This document shows, in pieces, positions 10,526 to 24,420 of a stretch of DNA of 64,000 nucleotides; positions within the stretch are counted from its first letter, which is position 1, and the number at the start of each line of letters is the position of its first letter. The DNA comes from Glycera tridactyla (taxonomy: Eukaryota), in NCBI GenBank assembly GCA_965644265.1, contig OZ286472.1, positions 45,694,001 to 45,758,000 on the forward strand. Direction: 5' to 3'. The notes under the pieces were generated by a model, which saw only the letters and a program-made list of their open reading frames with translations, was not told the DNA's origin and did no database searches. A program made the position numbers and the translations under genes.

Positions 10526-12727
10526 ACGAGCCTGCCGAAGAGTATAGGCTGGAGACATCGAGCACATCTCGTGAGGATCATTGTGGGATTGCCGAGAACA
10601 AACATGGCAGCAATACTATCAAAAGACGAAGAAAAAATCACAGATAGATGAAAGGGATTGATGGATTGATAGATGATTGATTGATCGATTTAATAGTCCC
10701 ATCTAGGCATTACTCTCAAGAACAAAAATTACAAGATGGGGAGATCAATAATGAGATGGAGAAGAGGAAGAGAAGAGAAGGAGAAGAGGAAGAAGAAGGG
10801 GTAGGAGGAGAAGAAAAAGGAAGAAGTAGAAGTAGAATAGGGAGTTTGTGGTGGCGGCGGCAGCGGCGGCAGTGGTGATGAAGGAATAGGAGGAGCTGGA
10901 AGGAAGAGGATTTGGATGAGGACGAGAAGGAAAATGGTGATTGCCGTGCCTTCATCGTAAAGGCCCCTCTACGGACGCAGACTTTTTCGGCGAATGACTT
11001 GTGACATGGTTGGGGTTTCTCTGGCGGATGGCTGTCTCGCATGTCTGAGCATCTTTACAAGGGCGTATCTTGTATGTAAGCCATAATTAGCTCACTTTCA
11101 AGGGCCACCAAGGTCAAACTCCTCACTTCGTCGATTATTGCTCCTCTTACCTTAACTACAACCACTACTTAATGGGGGCGATACAAGTCTCTTCGAAATC
11201 TGGAACAGCTGCTGGCCATGATCCTAGCAGCAGTTTCACGAAAGCTCTCAAGGTGAGTCGTTCTATGATCTGTCAAATTCAAATCTGACAGCGTCCGAGA
11301 CTACTTGAATTCACAGGCGCATATACGCGTGGGGTGCGTTAGTAGTGTGTGACATGGAGAGGAGAGAGATGGCGAGAGAGAGAGGGGGGGGGGGAGAGAG
11401 AGGGGGGGGGAGGGGAGAGACAGATCGACGGCCGCAATTAATTCCAAGTCAATGTTTATGATCTCAAGACGATTCATTCTTTTGTCAATTGTATGAAGGT
11501 AATGATATCGGTAGATGTGTATTAGATTCACCCGATGAGAATGACATCAATTGAAATATATTGACAGCAATTATGAGTCATTTGAAAACATTACCCGTGG
11601 CGCCATAGCTAAATCTGTAGACAAATGGTACCTTCTGTGACAAAGCTGCAACTTGTAACTTGTAACGATAATCGGCAAACCCCAGATGGGTATCCCGCCA
11701 ATTGGAGGAGGGATTGCTATATACTGGGCGTACAGCTGGGTGTTAAATGGCAAGTGCTTATATTTCTGGTCGTGCCCAGCTCTTGTTCTAGTGTCAGCTC
11801 TTGTTAGTGTGCCACAGAAAGCATCCTCGGCCGGGACGGGTATATTCATCAAGGCTAATGAACCAGGTGAAGATGCGATCTCAATCAAAGATATGATATC
11901 CAGTTAAACACGAAAACATCGCTGATCGAGCTTGGCGAGTGGTACTGTTTGCTGACATACTGGTATACATTGTCGGCCAGACTCATGTTTACACAGACGT
12001 TCATATCTGACAACGATACTAGCAACACAATTCACATGTGTTGTCTGGCACGTGCCGACGGTTTCATTTACTGGTTTGAATTAAGCGAACAGGGCCGGCT
12101 AAGTGGCTGAGAGCGATTTCAGTCTTACACAACCAATAAACACGAACATGCCGTCTTCTAAACAATGTCGAGCTGAAAGAAGTGCACGTAGCCATTCTGC
12201 GTCCTACACTTGTTTGCTGGCCGATTCGCACCGACTCATCTCCAGATATGCCAAAATTACCAACAGATGATGTATCTTTCAAAATATCTGCCTGATAATC
12301 AAAATACATCACACACACAAATTATAGTTGGGAATCCTCATACGCGGATGTAGCTGGTTTACGGGATCACACAGTCACTTCCGCTGAACCTGAATTGATA
12401 AGAACCAACTGGGATGCGACTGATGTGGTGATAGGTGGGTTATCATCAGCAGGTGCCTGTTCTTTTCGCGTTGTCTGTACAAAAATAGGGATAAATATCT
12501 TGGGTTGGGAATGTGTCAATATAGAAATATCGCCGAGCTAAGCGGATCTGTTCTAACCGACGCGCATAAAACAGGCCATCTTGTTGTCGTAAGTGTGAGA
12601 GGGGAACATCTTAATTTTGTCCAGCCTTGCCACATAAATACGTTAGGTGATATAACGGGAAAAGGTAAACTGAACACTTACTGAGACTACCACAGAAACA
12701 CGTTCTTCTCGAGATTCAATCACACAT

Positions 12728-12850
12728 CGTAGTAGTAGTTCAATACTAGTGGTAGTAGTATTAGTGGTAGTTGATGGAGTAGTAGTAGTTCAATCATAGT
12801 GGTAGCTGTGGTAGTAGTAGTATTAGTAGAAGTAGTAGTAATAGTAGTAC
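12728..12850. repeat. (GTA)n/(GTG)n simple repeat
   Basis: Directly visible. Confidence 0.9.
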
Positions 12851-12879
12851 AAACATCGCCTATTTTCAACTTTCAGTTT

Positions 12880-12985
12880 TAGACCCGACAGTAGGCGTCT
12901 TGAATGACCGCACCCATGGCCTTCGCACTGGCGTCTCAGTGTAACCGAGATGGTGCTCATGGGACATTGAGGAACCAACAAACAC
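12880..12985 (+). mobile_element. SINE 3' fragment
   Basis: ggcgtcttgaatgacc...gcactggcgtctcagtgtaaccgagatggtgctcatgggac...aaccaacaaac. Confidence 0.55.
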
Positions 12986-14707
12986 CTCGGTCAGGCGGTA
13001 TCATTCCCATGATTCAATTGTGAAGTGTTCTGCTGAATTGTCGGTGTCACCGACGAGAAGAAATACCAACAAACGAACTAGGTGCCGTCCTATGAACAAT
13101 ATGTGAATTACAACTCCATAAAACGACAAATTGCATAAGGAATTGATGGTCTTCTCATATTCATGGTTATATGTCCCCACCACACAGACATGCTATTTGA
13201 AAAAGTATCAAGGGAAATGAATGAACTCTAACATTGGATTGAAGTTTTGTGATTGATTTCGATTAAATATTTCACCGGAGTTCGAATATGACCTCATTGG
13301 GTGTGTTGTGCAAGAGTCCCGTTACCAAAAGATGCACAAATGACCAAATAGACAGATTGACTATCATTTCCATGAGTTGTGACGCGGCACTTATTAATTA
13401 CCTGGCGTCACAGGTAAAAAAATCCTATCAGATTCAATAGCCACATTATTGTGTTTTTTATTGATTTCATGGAGTGTATGGCATATATGAATTGCTTCGG
13501 GGAACATACATCAGCTTTCATATTCGAGTATTTGTTGTGTTTTTATAGTAGACTGATGGGACAGGGACCTGTGACATGCGCAGTGGAGGTGACAGGTCAC
13601 GTGCCGCCAATCTGACGTATTTACCTCCGAGACAGTTACAGATTGTGTCGCAGGTGGTCAACGGGCGGATGCATTAAATCTGGCGTCCGCTAAAGAGGCA
13701 ATCTGACCTAGGTAGAGTTTGTCATGTGACTTCAATATGAATGGAATCAATTTATGGCCGCAGAGCGCCGCATTACCCTGGGTTTTTATTTCTGAGTAGT
13801 TAGTTGCTGGAGCGTTCAATGTACATCCAGTATTTGGAGCTGCTAGCATGACATGAAAAAGGGTCTGTTTCCGTGTTTGCGACCCTAGTGATGATATGGT
13901 TTTAGCGCTCGTTCTGATTTATTGCATATTTGCACGTGCTCCTCTACAATGGATACAGAAGCGAATATTCTTCCATTGCCTTTGCAACTCCAGGTCTCAG
14001 CAGAATGGGCCGACTTCGGCCTTACTATTCTTATTTTGGATTGATCATAGTGCGCATCTCCCACTGTTCTTCACCTGGTAAAACGAGAAATTTCTGGTTC
14101 CACTGTCTACCCAAGCTCATTGAGCTTCAGTGACAAACAGGTCACGTAAGCCTTCTGAATATCTAGGAATAGAGCTTTGATGATTGTCAATCACACAGTA
14201 TGATCAGAGATGCTAACGACGTATGACCTTACAGTTCCTGGGGATGCAGGTATATAGTCCTGAATTGATACCATCTGGGTACGAGCACCAGTTGAATCAT
14301 ATTGAGAAACAAGTGCAATGGGCATGAGTGGTCATGCAAGACAACTCCATCTGAGCCCTCAGCGGAAGATGAAATGATATGTCGATCACAGGCAAAATAT
14401 CATTTCATGACGACCCGTGCAGTTGGATAGTAACGATTCATTTGAGGCTCTTACCGAAATACTAAAATTCTGAATGATATAAAATCACAGACAGAAACGT
14501 TTCATTCCGGACAGTCTCCCTGATTCGAGATGGCTGCCACCATAGCATTCTCCATCAACATGATCTCAATAGCCTGCGGCAGATTGGGTCGCCAGCACTT
14601 GTGACCGAGACTAAATACGACGTGCTGGCTCCTGGGTGGTAACAACAACTCGTTTTGAGGTGGCACTGTTTCAATTAGGATACAAATAAGCCTGTATTTA
14701 GCGTGGT

Positions 14708-14709
<2 letters not shown>

Positions 14710-14789
<80 letters not shown>
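14710..14789. repeat. (GA)n microsatellite, about 40 units
   Basis: Directly visible. Confidence 0.98.
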
Positions 14790-14792
<3 letters not shown>

Positions 14793-15201
14793 ATGAGGCT
14801 CGATATCGGCCAACTGTGGCAGAGTAGATCAGAAATTTCCTGTAAAAGCAATGAATAGCAGAAAGGGGATATTTAGGATAGGACACACATACCTCTTCCA
14901 CTCACATCTTTCGAGAGAAAGACGCAATTCTAATTGCTCCATATGTGATACCATCGCACAGTCAAACATTTGTTGCTTGGTTGTAGGGGACTATCACGTA
15001 TTGAACTGAATTGAATTCAGTGTCACCTTCCTTCAGCTTTTTAGTTGGATATGATCCAAAGAGGTTGAAAAGATTTTAAACCCAAAGAAACAAACAAATA
15101 AATAGAGACCGATCTCCGTGTAGCCAAGGTGGCACTGATATGTTACTTTCATATATCATCTCTCTGTGGAAACCCAGAAGTAGTCATGAATGGTTCAACT
15201 G

Positions 15202-15389
15202 CAGGGATGCCAACCTCCGAAGACCAAAATTAGCAATCATGCAAATTTTTAAGATTAAAGATGGCAGTATTTGCAAGGCTCAAATAGGAGGATGGGGAAT
15301 TTCTTAGCGTGATATTACGCATAAACTATCATAACTCTGGTCTGAAAAAAGTAATTATTACTGCAAAATCCAAATGGTTGGCATCTCTG
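15202..15389. mobile_element. MITE-like element with 14-bp TIRs (CAGGGATGCCAACC ... GGTTGGCATCTCTG), hAT-like termini
   Basis: The terminal inverted repeats match at 13/14, and a second diverged copy lies 0.5 kb away. No 8-bp TSD is visible. Confidence 0.75.
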
Positions 15390-15886
15390 TCCCGGCCACG
15401 CCCAAGAGCACCCATCTCTATACCCATCGGTACTCTTCGGCTCCAGTGAGATGTAACGGCAATAGAGCCACCAGGCTCACACAACCAACTGAGTGGATAA
15501 ACAGCGATGACGCTGGGCTGAGTAACATAGTATACAACTCCCAAAAGGATCTGTATTACGACTGAAGGCAAATTCCCAGTCGATTTCAAATTTCACATTA
15601 ACATCAGATCTCATGCAATCAGGAAATCCACTAAAAGGTTGCACAGCATAGATTTGATAAGTTGATTGTGGACTGCAGCGGTGGGTTTGCCATCTAAGAT
15701 AGAACCATGGCATGTCCCACGATCAAGCAAGGGCACAGAAAATAGCACATCTACCCGCCCACGAATTTTCACCAGTCATGGACCGAAGAGCGATGAGACG
15801 CCGAGGAAGAGGACGACAAGGAGGAGGAGGGGGAGGAGGAGGAGGAGGAGGGTGGGAATTTATTGATCGATCGATTGATTGAATGA

Positions 15887-16042
15887 CAGGGATGCCAACC
15901 TCTTGATAACCCAAATCAGTAATGACGCCACTTTTTAAGAGTAATGATGGCAGTATCTGAAATGATCAAATGAGAGAGTCCTGAATTCTTTGGCATGAGA
16001 AAAGTAATCACTACTCCTAAATCGTATTGGTTGGCATCTCTG
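15887..16042. mobile_element. Second copy of the CAGGGATGCCAACC MITE family
   Basis: Same TIRs, with shared internal motifs (gatggcagtat, aaaagtaat.a.tact). No TSD. Confidence 0.75.
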
Positions 16043-17524
16043 GAATTATGTTTGATGTCTCTTCAATCCATGTTGGATAATATGGAACAGAAGAAGAGGA
16101 TCATACGGTTTGAAGAGATATATAGATGTACAAGGTGCCGCATGATACAGCACACCCATATCTCGGCTGACGTATTTCTTCATACATCTACAATTTCCAC
16201 CCAAAAGTCAGAACCGGTCACAACAGATTCACCCCATGTGCCTAATGCGCATATGTGTTGTGAGACAGCAGTGAGGTCGCCGGGATGGAGGTGTCGAGTA
16301 AACAATGGGGAAATTATTGTCACTTTGACCTTCCCAGGGGAGAATATTTTTGAATCTGCTAACACCCAGTATCCATCACAAATATCACCACCGGATACAT
16401 AATTCATCACACACCAACCCCCTCCAAATTTCAAAATTGTGAATGAGGAAATGCATGTACATGTATACGAACTTCACCTAGTTGAAAGAGGGTTTCCTTA
16501 TTTACCAGAGTCTGGTTTGATTGCAATACCAACAGCTTTATTTGAAATGTATACGAGCTGTTACATGAGAGTTAAAACGGGCAATATAGTTTATGATTGT
16601 AGAGTCTGGTATACTAGTTCCGGGGGACATATGAGCGATTTGTAATGAAAGGTCATCCGGCGGGTTGAAAGATTCATATCCTTGCAGTAGGGATAGGCAC
16701 TAGGGACAGTTTTCACTCGTTTCTACGTCAAACCAAGTGATTGGGAGGTACTAGTAGCTGGTACAATATATCAAGCTAGGCATGTCTATACATTATTTTT
16801 AGGTGTGCCTACATCTTAGCGAAACCACCTTTGGTTGTGATGCGTCAGTTGGTCGGCGCATGCGCGGGGGGAGGATGCTGGCATTCCTTGTAGCCAGTGA
16901 TCTGGCACTAACAAACCTCTAGTCTTGTCTCTCCTCATTTCAAGCCTGGAAGCCAAGAAATCTACGAGCCCACCACTTGCTGCAAATCATGACCTACCCT
17001 GAAAATGTTGAGCATGGGATTTTCCGCAATGGTTTTTCGTATTTTGCGTAGTTGGAGTTGTTCTATATGGTGTGTAAATACGAAAATCTCGCCAGAACTT
17101 GAGCGATGATACGAAGTTTGTTTCGTTTCAAGTTTCATTTCTAGAAGATGTCTAAATACGCAATGACTGGTTTTAATCATAGGAAGAATTGGGAGAACCT
17201 CATCTAGTGTCTGTATGACATTTCGAGTTCCGATCCACTGTCATATTGTGAGCAACTTCAGAATCTACCGCATGCTTTGCTTATCGCTGAAAGAGGACCC
17301 CCCCCCCCCCCTTTCGCTCTGGTAAAATACTCTTCAGAATGAGCGTAAAACGACGATGGCAGGTATTAAAGAGTTGGCCATAAACAGGATTAAACATGTG
17401 TAATCTTGTTTCTTGAAGGACTGTAGCTTTTTTCAGATCTTGTTGGTACCTTATTTACGTTGATGTGTCGAATCAATTCTACCCATCATGGAAATTGAGC
17501 TAATGGACAATCGAAGCAATGCAA

Positions 17525-17650
17525 TTCACTGATCATCTTGTTTTGGCGCTAATCACCAAATAACACATATTTTTCAAATAGTGTCATCGCTCATATTTGC
17601 ATGATTAGAGCCTCGTGAGATCGCATGTCAGGATCACCTAGTGGAATATG
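17525..17650 (-). repeat. Dispersed repeat, copy B
   Basis: The reverse complement reads catattccactagg...ctaatcatgcaaatatgag...ccaaaacaagatgatcagtg. Confidence 0.8.
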
Positions 17651-18109
17651 TTCCACTCTGCTCAATCAGAGCACATTATGGCTATTCTACCTCAAATGAA
17701 TCACATGTGTGCAATTTCTCTGGCCATACTTTGACTAAGTGGAAATAGTGCTCTCGGTGGATGTATGAACACAAAAAGTACTTGTGTTATGCCCCATCTC
17801 CAAGTAAACCGGCACAGTTCACTTATTTTGGAGTTGGAGTGGTTCAAATACTTGTACAATGAGAGCGTGTGTCAGTTTGAGATGGAGCAGCTTTATTATC
17901 AACACTGAATACATGTCCATGCGTGCATAATGCGATAACTGATTGATCAAATTCTCCAATATGTGCCTTGGCGCTCTTGTTGGGTCAGCCGCTCGTATTT
18001 CACTTGTATTTGTGAAGTGGAAGCTTGAGTGTTGCGCTTATCGGCCTTCATGACCAAAGCTATGGCATCAATGCTGAAATTATCTTAACCACCCCTTCCA
18101 TTCCAGAAA

Positions 18110-18180
18110 TGACCCTGAGTGTCCATGAATTTCATAAATCTCATATTCAGTTGGCGGTCCAGGAAGAGGAGACTTGAATT
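18110..18180 (+). mobile_element. SINE fragment
   Basis: gagtgtccatgaatttcataaatc...ccaggaaggagagacttgaat. Confidence 0.45.
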
Positions 18181-19334
18181 ACCCCTCCTATGCCTGTTGC
18201 ATAGGCTTCACCATGATGTAGGTTCCGACGAAATTATGCCCAACTAACCAACTCCATCAACACCAAATTTTTATATCCTTTCGGTATGGTAGGATTTCTT
18301 CCATATACCTAACATTTGAAACACCCAGTCCTATTTCGGTATCTGTCGAGTTTCAAGTATCACAACAACGGTCCTAACTTCGAGAGATTTCTGAGAAAGT
18401 TGTATCATTGATGATGAATATAATTTCAGTTTTCTGGTCATGTCTCAGGGGACCGGGAGGAGGAGCCTTGAATGATCTAACACACCTCCATCACACGTAC
18501 GTCTCAGTATAGCCCATGTGATGGACGCTGTCCTGACGCTAACCATCGAACAACATCGGTGCATGTCATACAATCTGATGTTTCTGAATGCCGTTGCATT
18601 TTCCCTCTTCTGCTTGGCATATATCAAACCAATATCCCATCAGGTGATGAGTGTTTATTCATAATCATAACTCGATTTATATATGTAACCAGAATCCACT
18701 CGTTCCTGGCAGGTGAACCAGCATCGCAGCTGTTGATTCTTGATATTTTTCGAGGAAGGGCCGGGAAGTTTTATTTGAAATATAAACAGTGAGGTTGAAT
18801 GTTTGGGTAAGGCTCTGTTACCGGCGGTGCACCTCCGGGGCAAAAGAAGCATGGTTCTCCTAGAATCTGCTGGACACATGTCATCCTGTTATGCTAGGAG
18901 AACATTAAATAAACGCCTAGCAGTTCATATTCACACAAACAGCTCTCTCCATCACTACGTACAACATTAAGTGCATTTCGCCAGGGTGTTACTGTTGGCA
19001 CTCATCGCCAAGGTGGATTTCACAGAGAAGTTCATCCTCAATCTGGGAGGTGACTCCTAATGCTCCTCGGTTCAATGTAAATACGGTGTCATTTCACCTT
19101 CCGTCAATGACTCGGAATGGGAAGTTTTGAATGGCCCCATCAATGCGCAAGGCATTGTAATAATATTCCTGTATAAAGGAACAGACTCCCACTGAGAGAC
19201 TCTCACCTGCTTTTGTTCATTGTATTAAACGGTCTATAATTCAGGTACATCTCACGAGTTCCCCTGTTCAAGTAGGAGAGAGGGGTGATAGGTGGGAGAT
19301 CGGATACGTGGGGTGGACCTGCTTTTAGGGAATA

Positions 19335-19530
19335 GTAATAATGATAATAATGATAATAATAATGATAATAATAATAATAATAATGATAATAAAAATAATG
19401 ATAATAATGAAATATTACATGAATAAATAAGAAAAAAAATAAACAAATAGATGAATAAATAAATAGATGGATAAATAAATATGGTAATGATAAAAAGTAA
19501 TGAAATGATATAATTTATAAATGAATAGAT
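19335..19530. repeat. (AAT)n/(ATG)n AT-rich simple repeat
   Basis: Directly visible. Confidence 0.9.
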
Positions 19531-21089
19531 GTATAAGTGATTGTGTAATTGCATATATGACTGGGTAAAATGAAGTGATGAAGGTCTTTCAACCCAAGCA
19601 GCTGGGTAGTATACTAAAGATGGAAGCCCATTCACTCGCAAATTGACTGATATACGCCGACTCCATCCTACCGTCACTGGGAGATGTGTATCTACTCAAT
19701 TATTCATTCAAATAGGAGCAAGACCCACCGAGATAACATACATACTATACATGAATCGTAGTTTCNNNNNNNNNNNNNNNNNNNNNNNNNNNNNNNNNNN
19801 NNNNNNNNNNNNNNNNNNNNNNNNNNNNNNNNNNNNNNNNNNNNNNNNNNNNNNNNNNNNNNNNNNNNNNNNNNNNNNNNNNNNNNNNNNNNNNNNNNNN
19901 NNNNNNNNNNNNNNNNNNNNNNNNNNNNNNNNNNCAAAAACAGACCATAGTGATTGTGATTCCACTGTAAATTCAGTCTATAGTCAGGAGCCAGTACACG
20001 TGGTTTTCATATGGGTCTCTCAATTCTCTCCGTGGCATTGAGTCTGGTGAGCTCCGACATGTCAATACACGTGAGGTTATCAGGGAAGTGGCATAATGAA
20101 CACATCAAAGTGACACGCTTTCAATCAAGACGGCATCTCATCCACAAGTTTTGTGTTTTTGTATATGTGTGTATACGTGTGTGCGTGTGTGACCAGTATG
20201 ATATGAAGTACCCTGATGCTCAAACACTAAATCCCCATGTTCACAAGGGCCACCGAACCATGAAGCAATGTGTTACTCCTGAGGATAATTCGTAGGATCG
20301 CAACCAGGGCTGTTTGGCATGAAACACTCGTTTACTATCATACCATCCAAGTGAATGATATCGAGGTCCTATACATAGATAAATAACCATTCTATACATC
20401 TAATTTGTGCTCTCAAGGCCAGAACGTTATCTTCATCAACGCCAATCTCAGGCAGTCGTAATTTTTGCTGTGCACAAGAAAACCTTCGAGTCTACTTGGT
20501 GCATCCACATAGAATGATATATCAGTGATAATTTCCGGACTATACACAGTATGTCCCAGCTGAAAAGGAAGCTCCGTCATTAGGTACCCCTGTAGACATT
20601 GACAGTCAGTGAAGCGCCACTGGTTCTGAATTTGCAGTAAATTAGATGATTCATTGACTGAATCTGTACCAGACATAGCTCAAGCATATGAGGTATACAA
20701 GTCAACTTTTGCACTTCATTAGTCACATTTGACAGACAATAAGGGTGACATTTCGAGTTGGATATATCATATTGATTCCCGAAAAGCACTCGAATTATAT
20801 TTCCGAATCAATGTGACCATCATGGTAGAGATAAGAACAGGAAGTGGAAGTCAGTTCACTGCAAGCGCCACCTTGTATACACTGGTGGAAATGAAATGAA
20901 ATGAAATGTTTAGGTTTTAGGTCCACTTGCTGCACTTGAGTGGAGGTCAGACCACCTGCCAAGGAGGAGCGAAGATGAAGGGTGAAACGTTCCTCCATCT
21001 CTTGTCGATTTTTTTTTGCGAATTACGATATTGTTCTTGGTGAGCCGATACAGATAGAATCCGTCAATGATGAAACAAGGAAAACTTAC

Positions 21090-21376
21090 CAGGCGTCCAG
21101 CGTTGTTGTTGTGAGCGTTGACCATGGAGCGCTTGGAAATACGTGTACCCGGCCTGGAATCCCTTTTTCCCTCACTCTCGGCAAACTTTCGAGAAAATGC
21201 GAGACCGAACCGCAGGTCGTCGCCACAACCGCCCCACTTGAAGTCCTTTGGTGGCGCCTCTGCCGGTAGCAGACCGCAACTGCATTTTGTTGTGACGCCG
21301 ACTGCGCATGCTTTACTGACGGCCTGAGTCAGAGCTGCCGAGGACAGAGAATACACGTAGGCTTGTTCACGACTTC
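21090..21376 (-). CDS. Wnt11: Wnt11-like ligand, internal coding exon (GSREQAYVYSLSSAA...CSCG...WGGCGDDLRFG...HNNNAGRL)
   Basis: Acceptor tcttgcag|GA at 21377/21376 and donor CTG|gtaagt at 21090/21089; 287 nt, phase 1 in and phase 0 out. It joins the previous exon in frame (G|GA = Gly) and carries the diagnostic Wnt motifs RE.A, CSC, WGGC.D, HNN.AGR. Confidence 0.95.
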
Positions 21377-21499
21377 CTGCAAGACAGAAACCGGCAAATC
21401 AGTCATTGCAAGACCAATAGGATCTATGTAGTGCTGAAACTAGAAATATCATGTGAATATTGATGGATTGTTGATATAATTCACAATTTGATAATATTA

Positions 21500-21862
21500 G
21501 CAAGCTCGCTGGGCTCGTGGTAGCTTGCCTTGTGTACCTGACTACAGTGCTTAACCTAGATATCATGGGTCAAATCCCCATAGAATCTGAAAAAGTAGAG
21601 GCTCAACGAATGTCATGGGTCAGTCTCGTATGCAACATTTCACTTGACAACATTCGGAAGAGATAAAGGTGTCTCTTTGGCGAGTCGTCATAATGACAAC
21701 ACTAGATGTATCGGTTGGTACAACCTCTAGTACATCACAAACACGTCTGTGAATTTGATAAATTTTCACCCATGGGGACCAGGGAGAATCATGAATGATC
21801 CCAGTGCGTGGGTGTCTCAATATTGCCCAGATTGTACTCATGGGACGTAAAACAAGATATTG
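21500..21862 (+). mobile_element. Near full-length tRNA-derived SINE of the same family
   Basis: A-box-like tgggctcgtggtag and B-box-like gggtcaaatccc at the head. The tail gtctgtgaatttgataaa...ggggaccagggagaatc...caatattgcccagattgtactcatgggacgtaaaac runs into an N-gap. Confidence 0.6.
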
Positions 21863-24204
21863 NNNNNNNNNNNNNNNNNNNNNNNNNNNNNNNNNNNNNN
21901 NNNNNNNNNNNNNNNNNNNNNNNNNNNNNNNNNNNNNNNNNNNNNNNNNNNNNNNNNNNNNNNNNNNNNNNNNNNNNNNNNNNNNNNNNNNNNNNNNNNN
22001 NNNNNNNNNNNNNNATCCAATGTTAGCACCCACAATTAGCACGCCGATTACTGAACACAAGTTACCAGACAAATAATTAGATGAAATATGAGTCCCACCA
22101 GTTCTCATATCGTTAGTGATCTTAAATTTTCTGCTGGAAGTTCTACGGACTGGAAAGGATCCCACAATATACATCTACTTCTAACTACCACCCCGACTAC
22201 CTGCTGACTTTGGTTGCCGACAAGGAGATATGTTATCGGTAGTCCTCCGTACCACATAGATCAGCTACCAGACCAACGAGATAAACATACACTAGTACCG
22301 ACACGTGGGTGTCAAACACGAAGCTTTTCGACATCCAGATAATAGAGTAGAATGTTTGGTTGATTTGTTGGGGTTCATTCAAAATATCATTTCCACCATC
22401 GCACAGTGATGTGGATGGAAAACTTAGAAGTCTCCTGAATGTACCATTATAACATTCCAAAAGTTGCTAGCTGAGCAGCTAGGAGCGAATCCAGCAACTT
22501 TTTAATTTTCCATCTGGAATTGGATTTCCTAAGATCAACAAAATTTCTGAATACATTGCATTCACCTAGGCATCTAGTCTATTGTTTACTGTGAGGATGG
22601 GATCGCCTGATTGGTTGGAGCTTGACAGAATATATCATCCCAATGGATCATGTAAATTATGAGTTACTGGTCTATGGATGCTGGACCTTCTGTCCCCTGC
22701 AGGCATTACTCACACGAACACCAGAAAAGCGGAAGTAGTTTACAGTTCGGTCACTCCTCTATATGTATAACATATTACCGTTGAGCCCATTGATCACATA
22801 TTCAACAATGTGGCTGGATGCTAGCATATTGGCTCGACATCAATGCTCTTTTAAGCACAAATGTCTCAGGCCCGGGGAATAGTCGGAGAGATCACTTCCA
22901 GCGTCTTCCACTTGGCTGCATGATCAATTGTTTCAAAGAATCAATGGTCCCGCAGCCAAGGGATAGGCCACGAAACTTCATTTCTCCCTGCTGTTTGCAT
23001 GATTTAGCATGCATAACAATCTCCCTCCATCTCTCAGATTTCAAAATACATATACAGAATTGTAACCTAAGAAATTATGCCAACATAGAAAACACAGAAA
23101 TACACAATACATGGAAGAGCAGACTACATATGGCATACTGCTCCAAGTTTTGAACTCGAATTCTGGATCCTATTATCAACACCTACTCAGTGGTGCAACT
23201 ACTCTTTGAGGTGGCATGCTGTCGACTGCAGGAAGACATGTCTCAACACCGACGTGCACATCTTCCCGAGATCAACTGATGCAGTATTTCAACAAGTCTA
23301 AGCAATTCCCCCGAGTAAAAACATAGGATGCTGGTTCTGGTGAAGCGTTCAAAGGGATGTGCGAACAACACTCGGGCGCGTAATTTGTGTTTCAGAGAGG
23401 CGTTCCGTGGTGATGTATTGTCGCATTGACAGCCTGGAACTAGATCAAAGAGGTGAGATAGTTCGCCGTGGCAGCTCAAGTGCGCCGAAACTTATCGTTC
23501 TGTTATCACCGTACGTCCCGTGTAAACAAGGCCGGTAGCCTTCAACACTTTCTACCTTGCAATTGACCCCGTACCATCACCTGACTTCAACTGAATCCTC
23601 AGCCAACTCATCTAAGCTGCAAATTTTGAAGATCCATTTAAGTGACCGTCGGCTAGCTAGATCCTTTGGCTTCATCTCCCCCGATCCAACACTAACCAGC
23701 AGGACTAGCGGTGGAAAACGACATAATTGTCAGTGAGCGATAATGAGTGATCTGTTGGATCACGGGGCAAGTGCCTCAATCTTGGAAGCTGTGAAAGGTT
23801 GGGCCAGTCAGCACGCTGGGAAATTAGCCCGAATGTATGGAGTGGAGCCGACGAGCTTCCTGTTAATTTCTGACTCGCATATCTTCTCTCTGACGCTAAA
23901 CTTGACGAATGAGTGATAAATGGCAAGTGGGGTAAGGTGGTGCTATCGGAGCGCCACTAATAAGACTGGCATGTGATGGAGTCCATGGAATTCTCTCTCA
24001 AATAACATCTGTGGGGAGTTCTGTTCTCATACACTCTTCTTGTATACACTCCCAATACAATTTTGGTTGTGACATGCCCAATCTTTCCTATTAGATTGAT
24101 TTTTGCAAGCGGTTGGAGACATTCATTCTTATTACGATACGGTGAAGTGTAAAAGCAAAATTTTGTCACCCCTAGAACACACCCGCTGGGTATCAATTTT
24201 AACA

Positions 24205-24420
24205 TTTTGTTGTTATTGTATTTGTCTTTGTTGATGTTTGTAGTGTGGTTATTGATCTTGTCGTCAGAGCTTTCGTTGCTAGTGTTTTTGTTGTTGTTGT
24301 TGTTGTTGTTGTCATTGTTGTTGTTGTTGGTGGTGTTGGCATTGGTGCTGGTGGAGTTGGTGGTTGTGTGATGGTGGTGGTGGTGGTGGTGATGATGATG
24401 ATGGTAGTGGTGATGGCGCT
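24205..24420. repeat. Compound (GTT)n/(GGT)n/(GAT)n trinucleotide repeat just inside the Wnt11 intron
   Basis: Directly visible; it begins about 50 bp past the donor. Confidence 0.9.

Larger units (their letters stand above)
3231..21089 (-). other. Wnt11 intron, 17,859 bp (GT-AG, phase 0)
   Basis: Bounded by gtaagt and tttacag. The flanking exons join as ...AGRL|VVEAS... with no Wnt sequence missing. Confidence 0.9.
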
